64,000 nt of DNA from a virus (IMGVR_UViG_3300020049_016424:32001-96000); one strand, 5' to 3'. Positions 39,611-48,715 are shown, numbered from the stretch's first letter. The notes: generated from the sequence alone by a model not told the origin. Program-made: numbers and translations.

Positions 39611-40188
39611 CAGCACATCTCCTGGCGCGCTACGAGGTACCGGGAGCTGCATGTGGAGGTCCCCGGACGGCAGGGCTTGAACATCCGGAGCAATACGTGG
39701 GGGCACCCCGCGCATACGTGCTCGACCACGCCTTCGGCGGGTGCGATGAGCGTGCGCAGCGGGGGGTATACGCGTTCGTGCGCGACGATCACCGCTAGGT
39801 AGTGGCGCTCGGCCCGCTCTCCATATGCCCCGTACTCCCGAAGCGCATCCGTGAGCGTCCGCGCGCGCGCGAGGGCGTGGTCACCATTTGCCTCGAGCGG
39901 GAATCCGAGATACGCGTTATCGAGCGGGATGTAGAGCCAAGGCGCCTGCAGGTGTGTGAATGCCTCGATGCCGCGCAGGAGCTGCGGCAAGGGGATGAGC
40001 AAGCACGGACCGAACTGGGCATAGGGGTCCGTGCGTACCGAGAAATCTTGCACGTACGCTCGCCCGTTCCAGGTTTTGATCTTCCACGCCTGGTGGTTCG
40101 GCAAGTAGCCGTACCTGACATGCAGTGAGGAGTTGCCGAGCCCTTTAGTGTTCGTGTCGAGGACGGCCAGGGACGGCAGTTCCGTCAC
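39610..40188 (-). CDS. Hypothetical protein with C-terminal Cys cluster, coupled between VWA and RT
   Basis: GTGA overlap upstream, TGATG overlap downstream; CAGC...C...C. Confidence 0.65.
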   Translation of the reverse strand: MTELPSLAVLDTNTKGLGNSSLHVRYGYLPNHQAWKIKTWNGRAYVQDFSVRTDPYAQFGPCLLIPLPQLLRGIEAFTHLQAPWLYIPLDNAYLGFPLEANGDHALARARTLTDALREYGAYGERAERHYLAVIVAHERVYPPLRTLIAPAEGVVEHVCAGCPHVLLRMFKPCRPGTSTCSSRYLVARQEMC

Positions 40189-41252
40189 GCTGCCTCGCGG
40201 TGTTCTCCGAGATCGTACGGGCGCATGAAGATCGTCATGTTGCCCGCAGCCGTCGTCACCGGCCGTTCGTTACGGCCCGGCGTGATGAGCCAAAGCGTCG
40301 GCACATCGATTCGGGTGGTGGGCGCGGTGCACTCGCCGTCGGTGGCGTAGACGACCATGTCGACGCCGAAGCCTTCCTTCTGCTTCTCGACGATGTACGC
40401 GAGCGCCGGGTCGAAGTCCGTACCTCCACGGCCCTTCATGTTGAAATCGATGTCGGTCTCGGCCCTGATCTCTTGCCAAGACTGCACGGCGGCGTCTGCG
40501 TAGATCAGGTAGACCTCGAGCCCGGGGCACTTGCGCAGCAGCTGCTGCAGCTCGCTCATCGCGGCCTGCAGGTCGGCCGTGCCCATGGACCCCGAAGTGT
40601 CGACGACCCACGCGATGCGGTAGCAGAACACCTTCGTGATGCCCGGGAAGAGCGGCACACGGGAGCCGAGGTGGCGCTGCCCTCGCATCGTCAGATGCTT
40701 GGCCATGGCCGCGCGCTGGTTGCTGATGCGGGAATAGCCGCGCTGCCGCTTGGCGTCGACGTAGCGCGCCACCATGGACGCGAAGATCTCGGTCCAGTCG
40801 ACCGTCGCCGGGCGCAGGATGTTCTCGATGAGCTCCATGACGTTCGAGGGCGCGTAGCCGCGATACTTGCTGCCCATGGTCTTCGCCGCGGTCTTGAGGA
40901 CCTTCTTCGCGTGCTGCTCGAGCGCGAGCGCCTGCATCTCGAGGTCTTGCAGCTGCTTGTCGTCGTCTTCCTCCTGGGTGCCGGAGTTGCTCGGACCGGA
41001 CTCCCCCGCGAGCTTCTCGTAGAGGTGGTGCCGCAGGACCTGAACGACCTGCGACAGGAGCGTCTGTTCGACCGTCGACAGCGCCTTGACGTCGGCGTCG
41101 ATGGCTTCGCGCGAGTCGGCACCCGGGTCGAGCTTCAGCACGGCGGCGACGAGCGCTTCGGGGCTGTCGCAGTTCTCGAGATTGGCGAGCCCGAGGATCT
41201 CCATGGGGGAGGCCTGGGTATTGGCGGCGGTATCGTCTTGGATATTGCTCAT
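40185..41252 (-). CDS. VWA-domain protein (DUF2201 C-terminal type)
   Basis: MIDAS VVDTSGSM, GRGGTDF, VYATDG, upstream TVDW motif. Confidence 0.88.
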   Translation of the reverse strand: MSNIQDDTAANTQASPMEILGLANLENCDSPEALVAAVLKLDPGADSREAIDADVKALSTVEQTLLSQVVQVLRHHLYEKLAGESGPSNSGTQEEDDDKQLQDLEMQALALEQHAKKVLKTAAKTMGSKYRGYAPSNVMELIENILRPATVDWTEIFASMVARYVDAKRQRGYSRISNQRAAMAKHLTMRGQRHLGSRVPLFPGITKVFCYRIAWVVDTSGSMGTADLQAAMSELQQLLRKCPGLEVYLIYADAAVQSWQEIRAETDIDFNMKGRGGTDFDPALAYIVEKQKEGFGVDMVVYATDGECTAPTTRIDVPTLWLITPGRNERPVTTAAGNMTIFMRPYDLGEHREAA

Positions 41253-41485
41253 GGAGTAGACTTTCTAGGTAGGGGAGAGGGTAGGTTCTTGTGTTCTTGT
41301 ACCGCGAGAAGTCGCTGTCTTCGGGCAGCGTATGCGGACACGGAGAAGAGCGCGTTGTCCTGTGCAGTGAGTTCTGGCGAAGGCAGAGCTTCGTACTGTG
41401 CGCCAAGAGCGGTGTTCCGTATCCGGAACGGAATACCCGAAAGGGAGCGAATGTAGCGCCAGCGCTGGACGAAGAGGTGCTTCAT
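41249..41485 (-). CDS. MKH-family small protein
   Basis: MKHLFVQRW. Confidence 0.7.
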   Translation of the reverse strand: MKHLFVQRWRYIRSLSGIPFRIRNTALGAQYEALPSPELTAQDNALFSVSAYAARRQRLLAVQEHKNLPSPLPRKSTP

Positions 41486-41694
41486 CGCTGTCTCGTGTGT
41501 TTGTACGCGACTAGCCGGCCCCAGAGGTCTTGCGCGTGTCTCGCACGGTAAGCGGCGTCAAGACCTCGATCGAAGCGCCGGCTTCTAGTGCGGAGTTCTT
41601 GCACGTTCACGAAATCTCCGCATTGTCGCCGTCGATAACGATTCGTAGGGGAGAATGAGTGCGCTTCCCGGGGAGACGTGAACACGTGCTTCAT
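41482..41694 (-). CDS. MKH-family small protein
   Basis: MKHVFTSP. Confidence 0.7.
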   Translation of the reverse strand: MKHVFTSPREAHSFSPTNRYRRRQCGDFVNVQELRTRSRRFDRGLDAAYRARHAQDLWGRLVAYKHTRQR

Positions 41695-41903
41695 TGCGAG
41701 CCCTGCTTGTGCGACTCGAGGCGTGCGAGCAGTTGCGGGCGAAACCCGCTAACGTACAGCGGGCAGCCTTGTAAGTACCGCCGCGCGCGTGTTTCTATCT
41801 CACGTGTCTCAATGATGCGGCCGCACCTGCGCGCTTTGTGCGGATAAATGGAGACCCCTCGCAGCCCGTGGTAGTGCCAGAGCATGGTGAAGGCGTGCTT
41901 CAT
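41691..41903 (-). CDS. MKH-family small protein
   Basis: MKHAFTMLW. Confidence 0.7.
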   Translation of the reverse strand: MKHAFTMLWHYHGLRGVSIYPHKARRCGRIIETREIETRARRYLQGCPLYVSGFRPQLLARLESHKQGSQ

Positions 41904-42106
41904 CGGCGCAAGGCTTGCTTGTACAGGGAGAGGCGGCACAGTAGATCGAGCTGTAGATCGATGTCCAAGGACAAGCCTTTCCGAAGTCGACGGGCCCGCG
42001 GGTAGATCTCTTGTAAGTCGGGGTTTGGCCCGCTCATCCTACGGCGATGCGGGAGGTTGCAACTTCGCAGGGAGTAGGTCCAGCTAGACGCTAGCGCGTG
42101 TTTCAC
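41900..42106 (-). CDS. MKH-family small protein
   Basis: GTG start, KHALASSW. Confidence 0.65.
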   Translation of the reverse strand: MKHALASSWTYSLRSCNLPHRRRMSGPNPDLQEIYPRARRLRKGLSLDIDLQLDLLCRLSLYKQALRR

Positions 42107-42321
42107 GTAGGCGTTCCGTATTTCGAGATCTTGTACTGTTCGAGACGCACGGTGAGCCTGCTTCGCGCAATGATTTGTAGTACGAACGCGTCCTGTGCCG
42201 TGCGTTCCCGTGACATGACCGGATCGTACTGAACGGCGCCACGATGCCCCACCAGGCGCTCGCGCCACGGGTGAGGGGCGTCCAGGGCGTATACCCATGT
42301 GGACACGAAGATGTGCTTCAT
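42103..42321 (-). CDS. MKH-family small protein
   Basis: MKHIFVSTW. Confidence 0.7.
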   Translation of the reverse strand: MKHIFVSTWVYALDAPHPWRERLVGHRGAVQYDPVMSRERTAQDAFVLQIIARSRLTVRLEQYKISKYGTPT

Positions 42322-42524
42322 GAGTTCCTCGCGCTCTTGTAGTCCTGAAGCCGCGTGCGGAGCTCTCTGCGTGCGATACGCCGGGCAATGGCCGCGTTCC
42401 GGTCTCTACGAGCTCGCGTCAAGATGTTTTCTTGCACAAGAAGCTCGGCGACGCGTCGTTCACGAGCAGGAAGCGACGTCTGCCACCCTGTGCGCCACCA
42501 GCGTGAGCAGAATACGTGTTTCAC
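42318..42524 (-). CDS. MKH-family small protein
   Basis: GTG start, KHVFCSRWW. Confidence 0.7.
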   Translation of the reverse strand: MKHVFCSRWWRTGWQTSLPARERRVAELLVQENILTRARRDRNAAIARRIARRELRTRLQDYKSARNS

Positions 42525-42733
42525 GGTGCCGCCTTCTTGGCTAACTGCCAACGGTACAGACGGTGACATAGCGCTTGCTGCGCCGAGTAGACCTGGTGAT
42601 CCCGCGCGCGGTCGCGCTGAGCTCGCGTAGGGATCTCTTCATGCAAGGTGTGCTGGCCCTCGACTCTCCAGCGGTATGGGTCGCCGCGGAGCCAGGTTCT
42701 TCGCATCCACGCGGACGTGAGGATGTGCTTCAT
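42521..42733 (-). CDS. MKH-family small protein
   Basis: MKHILTSAW. Confidence 0.7.
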   Translation of the reverse strand: MKHILTSAWMRRTWLRGDPYRWRVEGQHTLHEEIPTRAQRDRARDHQVYSAQQALCHRLYRWQLAKKAAP

Positions 42734-42960
42734 GGGGGCTCCCGGTGTTCTCGAAGCTGGCGCCGTGCGGCCTTGAAGGTCCACGCCCGCCGTTGGAGGG
42801 CGCAGCGTAGATTGTACTGAAGCCGCGCGGCGCGGGCCTCTCGAGTTTGGAACGTGAGGATGTCGTTGAAGTCGTAGAACGCGCCCACTTGCCGTTGGCG
42901 GAATAGCAACCCGTCTTCCGTGACGTGCCGTGTCCAAGTGGTTACGAAGAGATGCTTCAT
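42730..42960 (-). CDS. MKH-family small protein
   Basis: MKHLFVTTW. Confidence 0.7.
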   Translation of the reverse strand: MKHLFVTTWTRHVTEDGLLFRQRQVGAFYDFNDILTFQTREARAARLQYNLRCALQRRAWTFKAARRQLREHREPP

Positions 42961-43011
42961 GGGGACCTCGAGTTTGTGGGTACGCGGAGGACCGCCTGTG
43001 CGGGAAGCCGT

Positions 43012-43236
43012 TCACTGTCCGGTAACGATACGACGCCATCGCCGCTCTCGTTTTCGGGTCTGAGACCGGGCCTGTAGGTCTCGTCGGCCCGCCAGGGCGA
43101 GCTGGTCGTTGTTCTGGGCTCGGTGCGCCCGTGTGAGGACGTATTCGACGCGAAGCACGCCGCCTTCGGTGCGGTAGAGGAACGGCCCCAGGCTGCCGAC
43201 ACTCCGCACCCAGCGAGTCACAAAGAGATGTTTCAT
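43012..43236 (-). CDS. MKH-family small protein
   Basis: MKHLFVTRW. Confidence 0.7.
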   Translation of the reverse strand: MKHLFVTRWVRSVGSLGPFLYRTEGGVLRVEYVLTRAHRAQNNDQLALAGRRDLQARSQTRKRERRWRRIVTGQ

Positions 43237-43454
43237 CGCAACAACCCTGTGACCCTTGCCTCCCGCCACGCTGTCTTCCGTGCACGGAGGTCACGTCGTG
43301 CGCGTGACGCCGCTATCTCCGCGTCGAACCACTTTTGCGTGCGTGTGGGCACGGTTCGATACGTCACCTGATTCGCCCCGTTGAGGCGATAGGTGTAGCG
43401 CACGCCCGTGTCTGCGTGGCCGCGCTTCCACGGCGAGACGAAGACGTGTTTCAT
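43233..43454 (-). CDS. MKH-family small protein
   Basis: MKHVFVSPW. Confidence 0.7.
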   Translation of the reverse strand: MKHVFVSPWKRGHADTGVRYTYRLNGANQVTYRTVPTRTQKWFDAEIAASRARRDLRARKTAWREARVTGLLR

Positions 43455-43597
43455 GGCGGCGTCTTCTTCTTCTTCTTCAAAAAAAGACCCATGGTGCGCC
43501 ACGCTTCAGGGTAGCTCAGGTACCGATCGTAGGTTCCTTCCCAGCGCTGCCATCCGTACAAGGACTTGCGCCAGGGCGAGACGAAGACATGCTTCAT
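43451..43597 (-). CDS. MKH-family small protein (short, 48 aa)
   Basis: MKHVFVSPW; ends in T7/(GAA)n run. Confidence 0.6.
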   Translation of the reverse strand: MKHVFVSPWRKSLYGWQRWEGTYDRYLSYPEAWRTMGLFLKKKKKTPP

Positions 43598-43809
43598 TTG
43601 GCGGCTGAGTACTGCGCCAGGCGCTGTTGGGCGACCGTGTCCCAGCGCGCAGAGCGAAGCGACGCACATGTCCGCGCGAGATCTTCGAGTCGCCAGGCGC
43701 GGGTAAGAACCGCTTGTGTGCAAATGTATCGCCCTTCGTGGCGCTTTCGGTGATAACGCCCTTCGCGTAGGGAGAATCGTACCCATCGAGAGGTGAAGAT
43801 GTGCTTCAT
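43594..43809 (-). CDS. MKH-family small protein
   Basis: MKHIFTSRW. Confidence 0.7.
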   Translation of the reverse strand: MKHIFTSRWVRFSLREGRYHRKRHEGRYICTQAVLTRAWRLEDLARTCASLRSARWDTVAQQRLAQYSAAK

Positions 43810-44009
43810 GTGCGGCCCCGTTTGAAGAAGACAACGCGATACGCGAGGGCTTTGCGGGCATGGCATGCGTCGCGTATAGCGAGATAGGCGCGGCCCGCAG
43901 AATCTTGAACGATGCGGCGTTCGTAGATAGCGAAACATCGTCGCGTACGACCCCGCACTGTGCTCGTGAACTGCGTGCGCGTCCAGGCCCCTACCATAAC
44001 GTGCTTCAT
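43806..44009 (-). CDS. MKH-family small protein
   Basis: MKHVMVGAW. Confidence 0.7.
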   Translation of the reverse strand: MKHVMVGAWTRTQFTSTVRGRTRRCFAIYERRIVQDSAGRAYLAIRDACHARKALAYRVVFFKRGRT

Positions 44010-44170
44010 CGACGCGCCAGTTTGTATCTTAGAAGGCGGGTGCGTAGTTGGACGCGCGCAGTCACACGCGCGTTCTCTTGCGCAAGAAGCTCGGCGAAAC
44101 GTCGTTCACGAAAAGGGAACTGCGCCCACTGCTCTGCGCGCCACTCGCGTGTGCAGAATACGTGTTTCAT
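44006..44170 (-). CDS. MKH-family small protein (54 aa, below ORF-track cutoff)
   Basis: MKHVFCTREW...RERRFAELLAQEN; close paralog of 42318-42524. Confidence 0.65.
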   Translation of the reverse strand: MKHVFCTREWRAEQWAQFPFRERRFAELLAQENARVTARVQLRTRLLRYKLARR

Positions 44171-44361
44171 GTGCCCCTCCGTTCGTGAAGCCTGTTCAAG
44201 ATCCCACTACGGGAGCCGTACTCCCCTAGGTACTTACGCGACGCTCGCGTATCCACCCAGGTGAACTCCATGTGAATATCGATGACGTACCGGCGACGGT
44301 ATCGCCGTCCGTTCGCCACAACGTACGCGAACTCCCACAGAGATACGAATACGTGCATCAT
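44167..44361 (-). CDS. MKH-family small protein
   Basis: MMHVFVSLW. Confidence 0.7.
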   Translation of the reverse strand: MMHVFVSLWEFAYVVANGRRYRRRYVIDIHMEFTWVDTRASRKYLGEYGSRSGILNRLHERRGT

Positions 44362-44561
44362 GGACCGCGTCCCACAGCAAGGCGGTCACGCAGGTGTTCG
44401 AGGAGCACCGCCCGCGTGCTTTGTGCGTAAAACTCGCGCCCCTCTTTGTTCATGACGTGCCGCCAGGACAGGGCGAACTTCCCGGCATACCGAAGACGTA
44501 CCGTGATCTGGGCGTCGGTAATGTACTGTATCTTCCACGGCGTCACAAAGGTGTGTTTCAT
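44358..44561 (-). CDS. MKH-family small protein
   Basis: MKHTFVTPW. Confidence 0.7.
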   Translation of the reverse strand: MKHTFVTPWKIQYITDAQITVRLRYAGKFALSWRHVMNKEGREFYAQSTRAVLLEHLRDRLAVGRGP

Positions 44562-44794
44562 GATCCTCGCCTTTCCCGGCGACGCCGCTCTGCCAGAGTT
44601 CGGTAACGGATCTGCTGCTGGCGGGCCAGGCAGCCGTCGTTGAACTCACGCCCCGCGCGGTTGAGGATCCTATCGACCTCAACCCAGGTGGTGCCCCCGC
44701 GCTGGCCGGTGCCAGCCACGTGTCGCGTTCGATGGAAGACGCCGCCTTCACAGCGATTCCGAGTCTGCCACGCGCTCACAAAGACGTGTTTCAC
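44558..44794 (-). CDS. MKH-family small protein
   Basis: GTG start, KHVFVSAW. Confidence 0.7.
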   Translation of the reverse strand: MKHVFVSAWQTRNRCEGGVFHRTRHVAGTGQRGGTTWVEVDRILNRAGREFNDGCLARQQQIRYRTLAERRRRERRGS

Positions 44795-45021
44795 GGCCCT
44801 TGCCTCCGGATGGCGCGGCGCCAGTCTAGGTTTTTGTTTCGCGCGTCCTGCGCGAGCTCTTCGTTGTTTAGGTCGCGCCCCGCAAGGTCCAGCACCCGCA
44901 CGCATTCAGTGTACCTGCCCGAGAAAATATCATACCCCCAGGACACTTCTCGAATGCGGTCTCGAGTCCCTGAAGACGGGTTGAACTCTTCGCGCCAGGA
45001 CGTAGCGAGGGCGTGTTTCAC
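44791..45021 (-). CDS. MKH-family small protein
   Basis: GTG start, KHALATSW. Confidence 0.7.
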   Translation of the reverse strand: MKHALATSWREEFNPSSGTRDRIREVSWGYDIFSGRYTECVRVLDLAGRDLNNEELAQDARNKNLDWRRAIRRQGP

Positions 45022-45251
45022 AGCTCCTTATCCAGAAAGGAGTCGCGCCGCAGCAGTAACAGCAGGCGATAGTCCTGCTGCTGGTTGTGCGCGAGCCTGT
45101 CGAGAGCGTCCTTCTGCCCCGCACGATCGAGCACGTATTCCGCTTCGCGGTACCCGCGGGCCTTGTAGTGGAGCGTACGTACACGTTCTCGAAAGCCCTG
45201 TCCGCGCGGATGATCTTGAATCCGCCACGAGCTGACAAATACGTGGATCAT
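45018..45251 (-). CDS. MKH-family small protein
   Basis: MIHVFVSSW. Confidence 0.7.
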   Translation of the reverse strand: MIHVFVSSWRIQDHPRGQGFRERVRTLHYKARGYREAEYVLDRAGQKDALDRLAHNQQQDYRLLLLLRRDSFLDKEL

Positions 45252-45490
45252 GGTGGAAGTCTTTCTCTAGGGAGTTGTTGCTTTTTTCGATCAAGAAGCC
45301 GGGCCACAAGTCGCCGATGTTGGCGCCTTTCTTCTTCTCGACGAGATCGAGCACGGCCTGCGGCGTTGGGCACGATGTACATATCGTGCCAGGGCCGCCC
45401 GTCTTCTGCCCAGCACGATACGCTGCGCACGTGCTTGAAGATATCGTTGAACTGTACCCGCTCCCAAGGCTCTGTGAACACGTGCTTCAT
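45248..45490 (-). CDS. MKH-family small protein
   Basis: MKHVFTEPW. Confidence 0.7.
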   Translation of the reverse strand: MKHVFTEPWERVQFNDIFKHVRSVSCWAEDGRPWHDMYIVPNAAGRARSRREEERRQHRRLVARLLDRKKQQLPRERLPP

Positions 45491-45663
45491 GGCAACCTGT
45501 GTGTTCTCCGTGCGAACGCCTGCTCGCGCAGAGCGCACCGCGCCATGTACTCTGCGCGCCGTTGGTGAAGCTCCCGCCCGGCAACATCCAGTACGCTGCG
45601 GGTGGCAGCATCATAGGCGTTTTCGGGAACGCGCACCCAACGAGTCACAAAGACGTGCTGCAT
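45487..45663 (-). CDS. MKH-family small protein (58 aa, below ORF-track cutoff)
   Basis: MQHVFVTRW...VLDVAGRE. Confidence 0.65.
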   Translation of the reverse strand: MQHVFVTRWVRVPENAYDAATRSVLDVAGRELHQRRAEYMARCALREQAFARRTHRLP

Positions 45664-45866
45664 CGGTCCCGCACTTTTTTGAGCTGTTGGAGACGCCCCT
45701 CGCGCTCCCAGCGAATTATCTCGCGGGTATGCCGCGCGTGAATGGCGCGCCCTACGGCGTCTGTGACCACGCGATACTGGTACCTGCTATGTGCGAATCG
45801 TACCTGCCGCCGCACGCCTGTGATCTCAGAATTTCGGACCCAAGCATTTACAAACGCATGCTTCAT
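45645..45866 (-). CDS. MKH-family small protein
   Basis: MKHAFVNAW. Confidence 0.7.
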   Translation of the reverse strand: MKHAFVNAWVRNSEITGVRRQVRFAHSRYQYRVVTDAVGRAIHARHTREIIRWEREGRLQQLKKVRDRCSTSL

Positions 45867-46066
45867 AGTGGCACGCCTCGTCGAGCGCGCGCGGCGCGCT
45901 GCCGCGCGTCAAGCTGCGCATCTCCGACAAGCAGAGTTTCCCACTCTCGTCCGGCCCGGTTCCGTACAAGGCGGTAGGTCAGGGTTCCATTCTCATAGCG
46001 GCGGTCGTGCTGCACATCCTGTAGGAAGGGGCAGCGGCGCCAAACAGTAGCGAACACATGTTTCAT
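45863..46066 (-). CDS. MKH-family small protein
   Basis: MKHVFATVW. Confidence 0.7.
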   Translation of the reverse strand: MKHVFATVWRRCPFLQDVQHDRRYENGTLTYRLVRNRAGREWETLLVGDAQLDARQRAARARRGVPL

Positions 46067-46278
46067 GAATACCGCTCCCATACGTAAGCCGTGTGGCGTC
46101 GTTGCAGCGCGTTGAGCAGGTCTTCGTACTCCCAGTGTCGCAACACGGCACGTCCCGCTGTAGTTCTGCGAAGACGGATGGTTCGCTGCCGCCCCTCCGT
46201 GCGCGCCTCTTGCACCAACAGGCCGTGCGGGGTGTGCGAGACCCAAGAGGCCCATGGAGACGTCAGGACATGCTTCAT
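46063..46278 (-). CDS. MKH-family small protein
   Basis: MKHVLTSPW. Confidence 0.7.
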   Translation of the reverse strand: MKHVLTSPWASWVSHTPHGLLVQEARTEGRQRTIRLRRTTAGRAVLRHWEYEDLLNALQRRHTAYVWERYS

Positions 46279-46478
46279 ACGACCTCTCGTCGGTGCCGCT
46301 GCAGGCGTAGACAAAGCATGATGCGATATCGGACGGGGTCCAGGACGAGAAGCGTCTCTAAGGTTCGCCGCGGCGAGCCGCCCTGTGGGAAGAGCTCGTC
46401 CCACTCTCCTGCCTTTCGCAGGCGCGTGTCTCCGGGCGATGTAGACATAGCCCACAAGGACACGAAGACATGTTTCAT
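46275..46478 (-). CDS. MKH-family small protein
   Basis: MKHVFVSLW. Confidence 0.7.
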   Translation of the reverse strand: MKHVFVSLWAMSTSPGDTRLRKAGEWDELFPQGGSPRRTLETLLVLDPVRYRIMLCLRLQRHRREVV

Positions 46479-46759
46479 GGCGGGTCTCGCAGCAGCCACA
46501 GGGTCAGCCGTCGCTGTAGGGCCTTACGTGCATTGAAAGTATGGAGGGTGGCGGTGCTGGAGGTTCGTATTTCCACGGGCTCAGGGGCTCTCCGCATAGA
46601 AACAGAGAGTGCCTCCATATGCCAGAGTTTGCGTCCCCAGGCGTCCACGTACAGGTAACGACTTTGGAAGTAAAAGCGGCAGTGGCGGAACTCCCGGGCG
46701 AACTCGCCACTACCCACCGCCATCGCCGTCTCCCATTTCCCCATCAGCGCATGTTTCAT
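46475..46759 (-). CDS. MKH-family small protein
   Basis: MKHALMGKW. Confidence 0.7.
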   Translation of the reverse strand: MKHALMGKWETAMAVGSGEFAREFRHCRFYFQSRYLYVDAWGRKLWHMEALSVSMRRAPEPVEIRTSSTATLHTFNARKALQRRLTLWLLRDPP

Positions 46760-47055
46760 GGCAGAGCCCTTTTCCGCGTGGAGCAGGCGTTGGTGTGGCG
46801 GCGAAGAAGCGCACCCTGCGCTTCTATGCGATGAATGACCATCACATCTCGGTCGCAGGCGACTCGGGACAGGGGAGTGCCCCATACCGCGCCTTGCCAA
46901 GGGAGTTCCCACCTCCAAGTAACGTCTCCTTGAGGTCCTCGAAGCAGGTGTTGCGTCTCCGTGTGCCCTTTGCGTAGCACGCGGTAGCGGCAGCTACGGG
47001 TTCCCAGGATCATATTCGGGGGAAAGGCCCAGGGCCCTACGAAGGTGTGCTTCAT
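46756..47055 (-). CDS. MKH-family small protein
   Basis: MKHTFVGPW. Confidence 0.7.
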   Translation of the reverse strand: MKHTFVGPWAFPPNMILGTRSCRYRVLRKGHTETQHLLRGPQGDVTWRWELPWQGAVWGTPLSRVACDRDVMVIHRIEAQGALLRRHTNACSTRKRALP

Positions 47056-47345
47056 GTTGGCACCTTAGGCTTTCGTGTGGGAGAGGCAAAAAGACGTGCT
47101 CGAAGTGCCTGACGAGCTTCTGCAATGCGCTGTCTGTGTAAGTACTCCGAGGATGGAGGTTTATCCGCGTAGGGAACGGGGATGTTGCGTAGAATCGTAG
47201 GATCTTCCGCGGTCCAGCACACGACACCGTGAATGTCTGCGTAGAACCATCGGTATTCCCACCAGAAGGTGCCCGTCGGGCGCCGCCGCGTGCAAACCCC
47301 CCAAAAAAGATGACGCTCCCAAGGGCCTACAAACGCGTGTTTCAT
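47052..47345 (-). CDS. MKH-family small protein
   Basis: MKHAFVGPW. Confidence 0.7.
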   Translation of the reverse strand: MKHAFVGPWERHLFWGVCTRRRPTGTFWWEYRWFYADIHGVVCWTAEDPTILRNIPVPYADKPPSSEYLHRQRIAEARQALRARLFASPTRKPKVPT

Positions 47346-47635
47346 GTTTTCCACTTCCAGCGGCGGAGTCGGGCCCTCCGCGTGAGCTCCTGGCGCGCTT
47401 TTACTGCGTAGTAGTCTAGAACTATGGTGTCGTGAGGAGGATGCTTCGAGACGCGTTCACCCAGAAACCGCAAGGGCGTATCTGCGTTCCGAATCCACAC
47501 CACGTCCCCCTGTCTTGTGCGCTGCAAGCAGCGAGCTTCTACCGCGTATCCCGCCCCACGCGACTGTCGACCCATCACGCCGAGGTAGCTGCCTGGCGGG
47601 TGCGTGTACCACCTGGCAACGAAGACGTGTTTCAT
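47342..47635 (-). CDS. MKH-family small protein
   Basis: MKHVFVARW. Confidence 0.7.
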   Translation of the reverse strand: MKHVFVARWYTHPPGSYLGVMGRQSRGAGYAVEARCLQRTRQGDVVWIRNADTPLRFLGERVSKHPPHDTIVLDYYAVKARQELTRRARLRRWKWKT

Positions 47636-47934
47636 AGGCGTCTCCGCGCCTCCTTTCGGCGATCAAACATGCGGTGGAAGAGCCGCGTCTGCGCGCGGTA
47701 CGCGTACTGTCGCTCCACGACTTCGTCATGGGACCACGCGGCTGCGGCCCGTAGGTTCAGAAAGGAGCGCGGCAGATCCTCCCTGCGCTGCCATTCGAAA
47801 TACCCGTACGGGGTACGGACCAGGCAGCGATTCTCGAAGGAGCCCCCTGAAAGGTTGCTGCGCTCTTGCACAGAAAGAACGCCCGTGCGCTCGAAGCGGT
47901 CCTTCCGCCACCCCGTTGTGAACGCGTGTTTCAT
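47632..47934 (-). CDS. MKH-family small protein
   Basis: MKHAFTTGW; ATG overlaps the metallopeptidase TGA. Confidence 0.7.
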   Translation of the reverse strand: MKHAFTTGWRKDRFERTGVLSVQERSNLSGGSFENRCLVRTPYGYFEWQRREDLPRSFLNLRAAAAWSHDEVVERQYAYRAQTRLFHRMFDRRKEARRRL

Positions 47935-48665
47935 GCTTGCGCGAGCGCGTCCTCCTGGACCTCCTCGATCTCGGCTGCGGCGGCGAGACGGCTCTCCTCT
48001 TTCTTCGCTGCGATCGCGGCTTCGTGCTCGGACACAGCCTCGGACATTTCGTGGATCTCTTGGCGCAGGATGCGCAGGGCGAGCGTGTAGAGCGCCTTCG
48101 GATCCTTGAGGTGCGCGCCGCCGTCGTCCATGGCGCGCGTCAGGTAGTTCTCGTAGCTCAGATCTCGGGGCTGCGGAGGCATGAGCCGGTCGGAGAGGAC
48201 CCAGTACCCGAGGGGCTGCGCGGGGTCTTCGACCCCCGGATGGTTGCGCCGCAGCTTCTCGTTCGCGGCGGCGTCGGCCATGAGGTTGTCGAAGAGCCCG
48301 AAGAGGAACTTGTCCCGGGAGGTGAGGAGCGTTTTTCGCATCCGGCGGCTGCGCGGGATGTGTCCGAGGACGACGTGCAGCACTTCGTGCTCCATCGAGG
48401 CTGTGAGCTCTTCGAGCGACATCTTCTCGGCGTCGGGGTTGATGTAGAGCACGTACCGGTTGCCGTAGGGCCCGATGGCGAACGTGTGCACCGCGCGCGT
48501 GTAGATCTGTTCGAGCGCGTTGAAGATGTGCGCGTAGTACGCGCCGTTCGCCGTGCACAGGCAGCTGATGGCTTCGCGGATCGACAGGCGCAGCGCAACG
48601 GAAGCCGGCGCAGACGCAGGACGGCGGATCTGGGGCTTGTTCTTGGACGTGGCGATGTTCGACAT
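47931..48665 (-). CDS. Putative metallopeptidase (DUF2201 N-terminal type)
   Basis: LYINPD, MEHEVLHVVLGH (HExxH), NLMADAAAN, LSYENY. Confidence 0.82.
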   Translation of the reverse strand: MSNIATSKNKPQIRRPASAPASVALRLSIREAISCLCTANGAYYAHIFNALEQIYTRAVHTFAIGPYGNRYVLYINPDAEKMSLEELTASMEHEVLHVVLGHIPRSRRMRKTLLTSRDKFLFGLFDNLMADAAANEKLRRNHPGVEDPAQPLGYWVLSDRLMPPQPRDLSYENYLTRAMDDGGAHLKDPKALYTLALRILRQEIHEMSEAVSEHEAAIAAKKEESRLAAAAEIEEVQEDALAQA

Positions 48666-48715
48666 GGGTAGTTTCCTTCGGATAGTCCGCGGGATAGATC
48701 GCGGAGGGGACCTCT

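Larger units (their letters stand above)
41249..47934 (-). repeat. MKH small-ORF array 1 (30 coupled paralogous genes)
   Basis: Recurring RTGAWVCAY start motif every ~150-300 bp, with stop/start overlaps. Confidence 0.9.

Noticed and set aside
40185-48665. Array 1 as an intron restoring a fused peptidase-VWA frame
   Set aside because: Joining at the shared ATGA leaves an in-frame TGA (two coupled genes, not a fusion), and no group I/II intron structure is evident.
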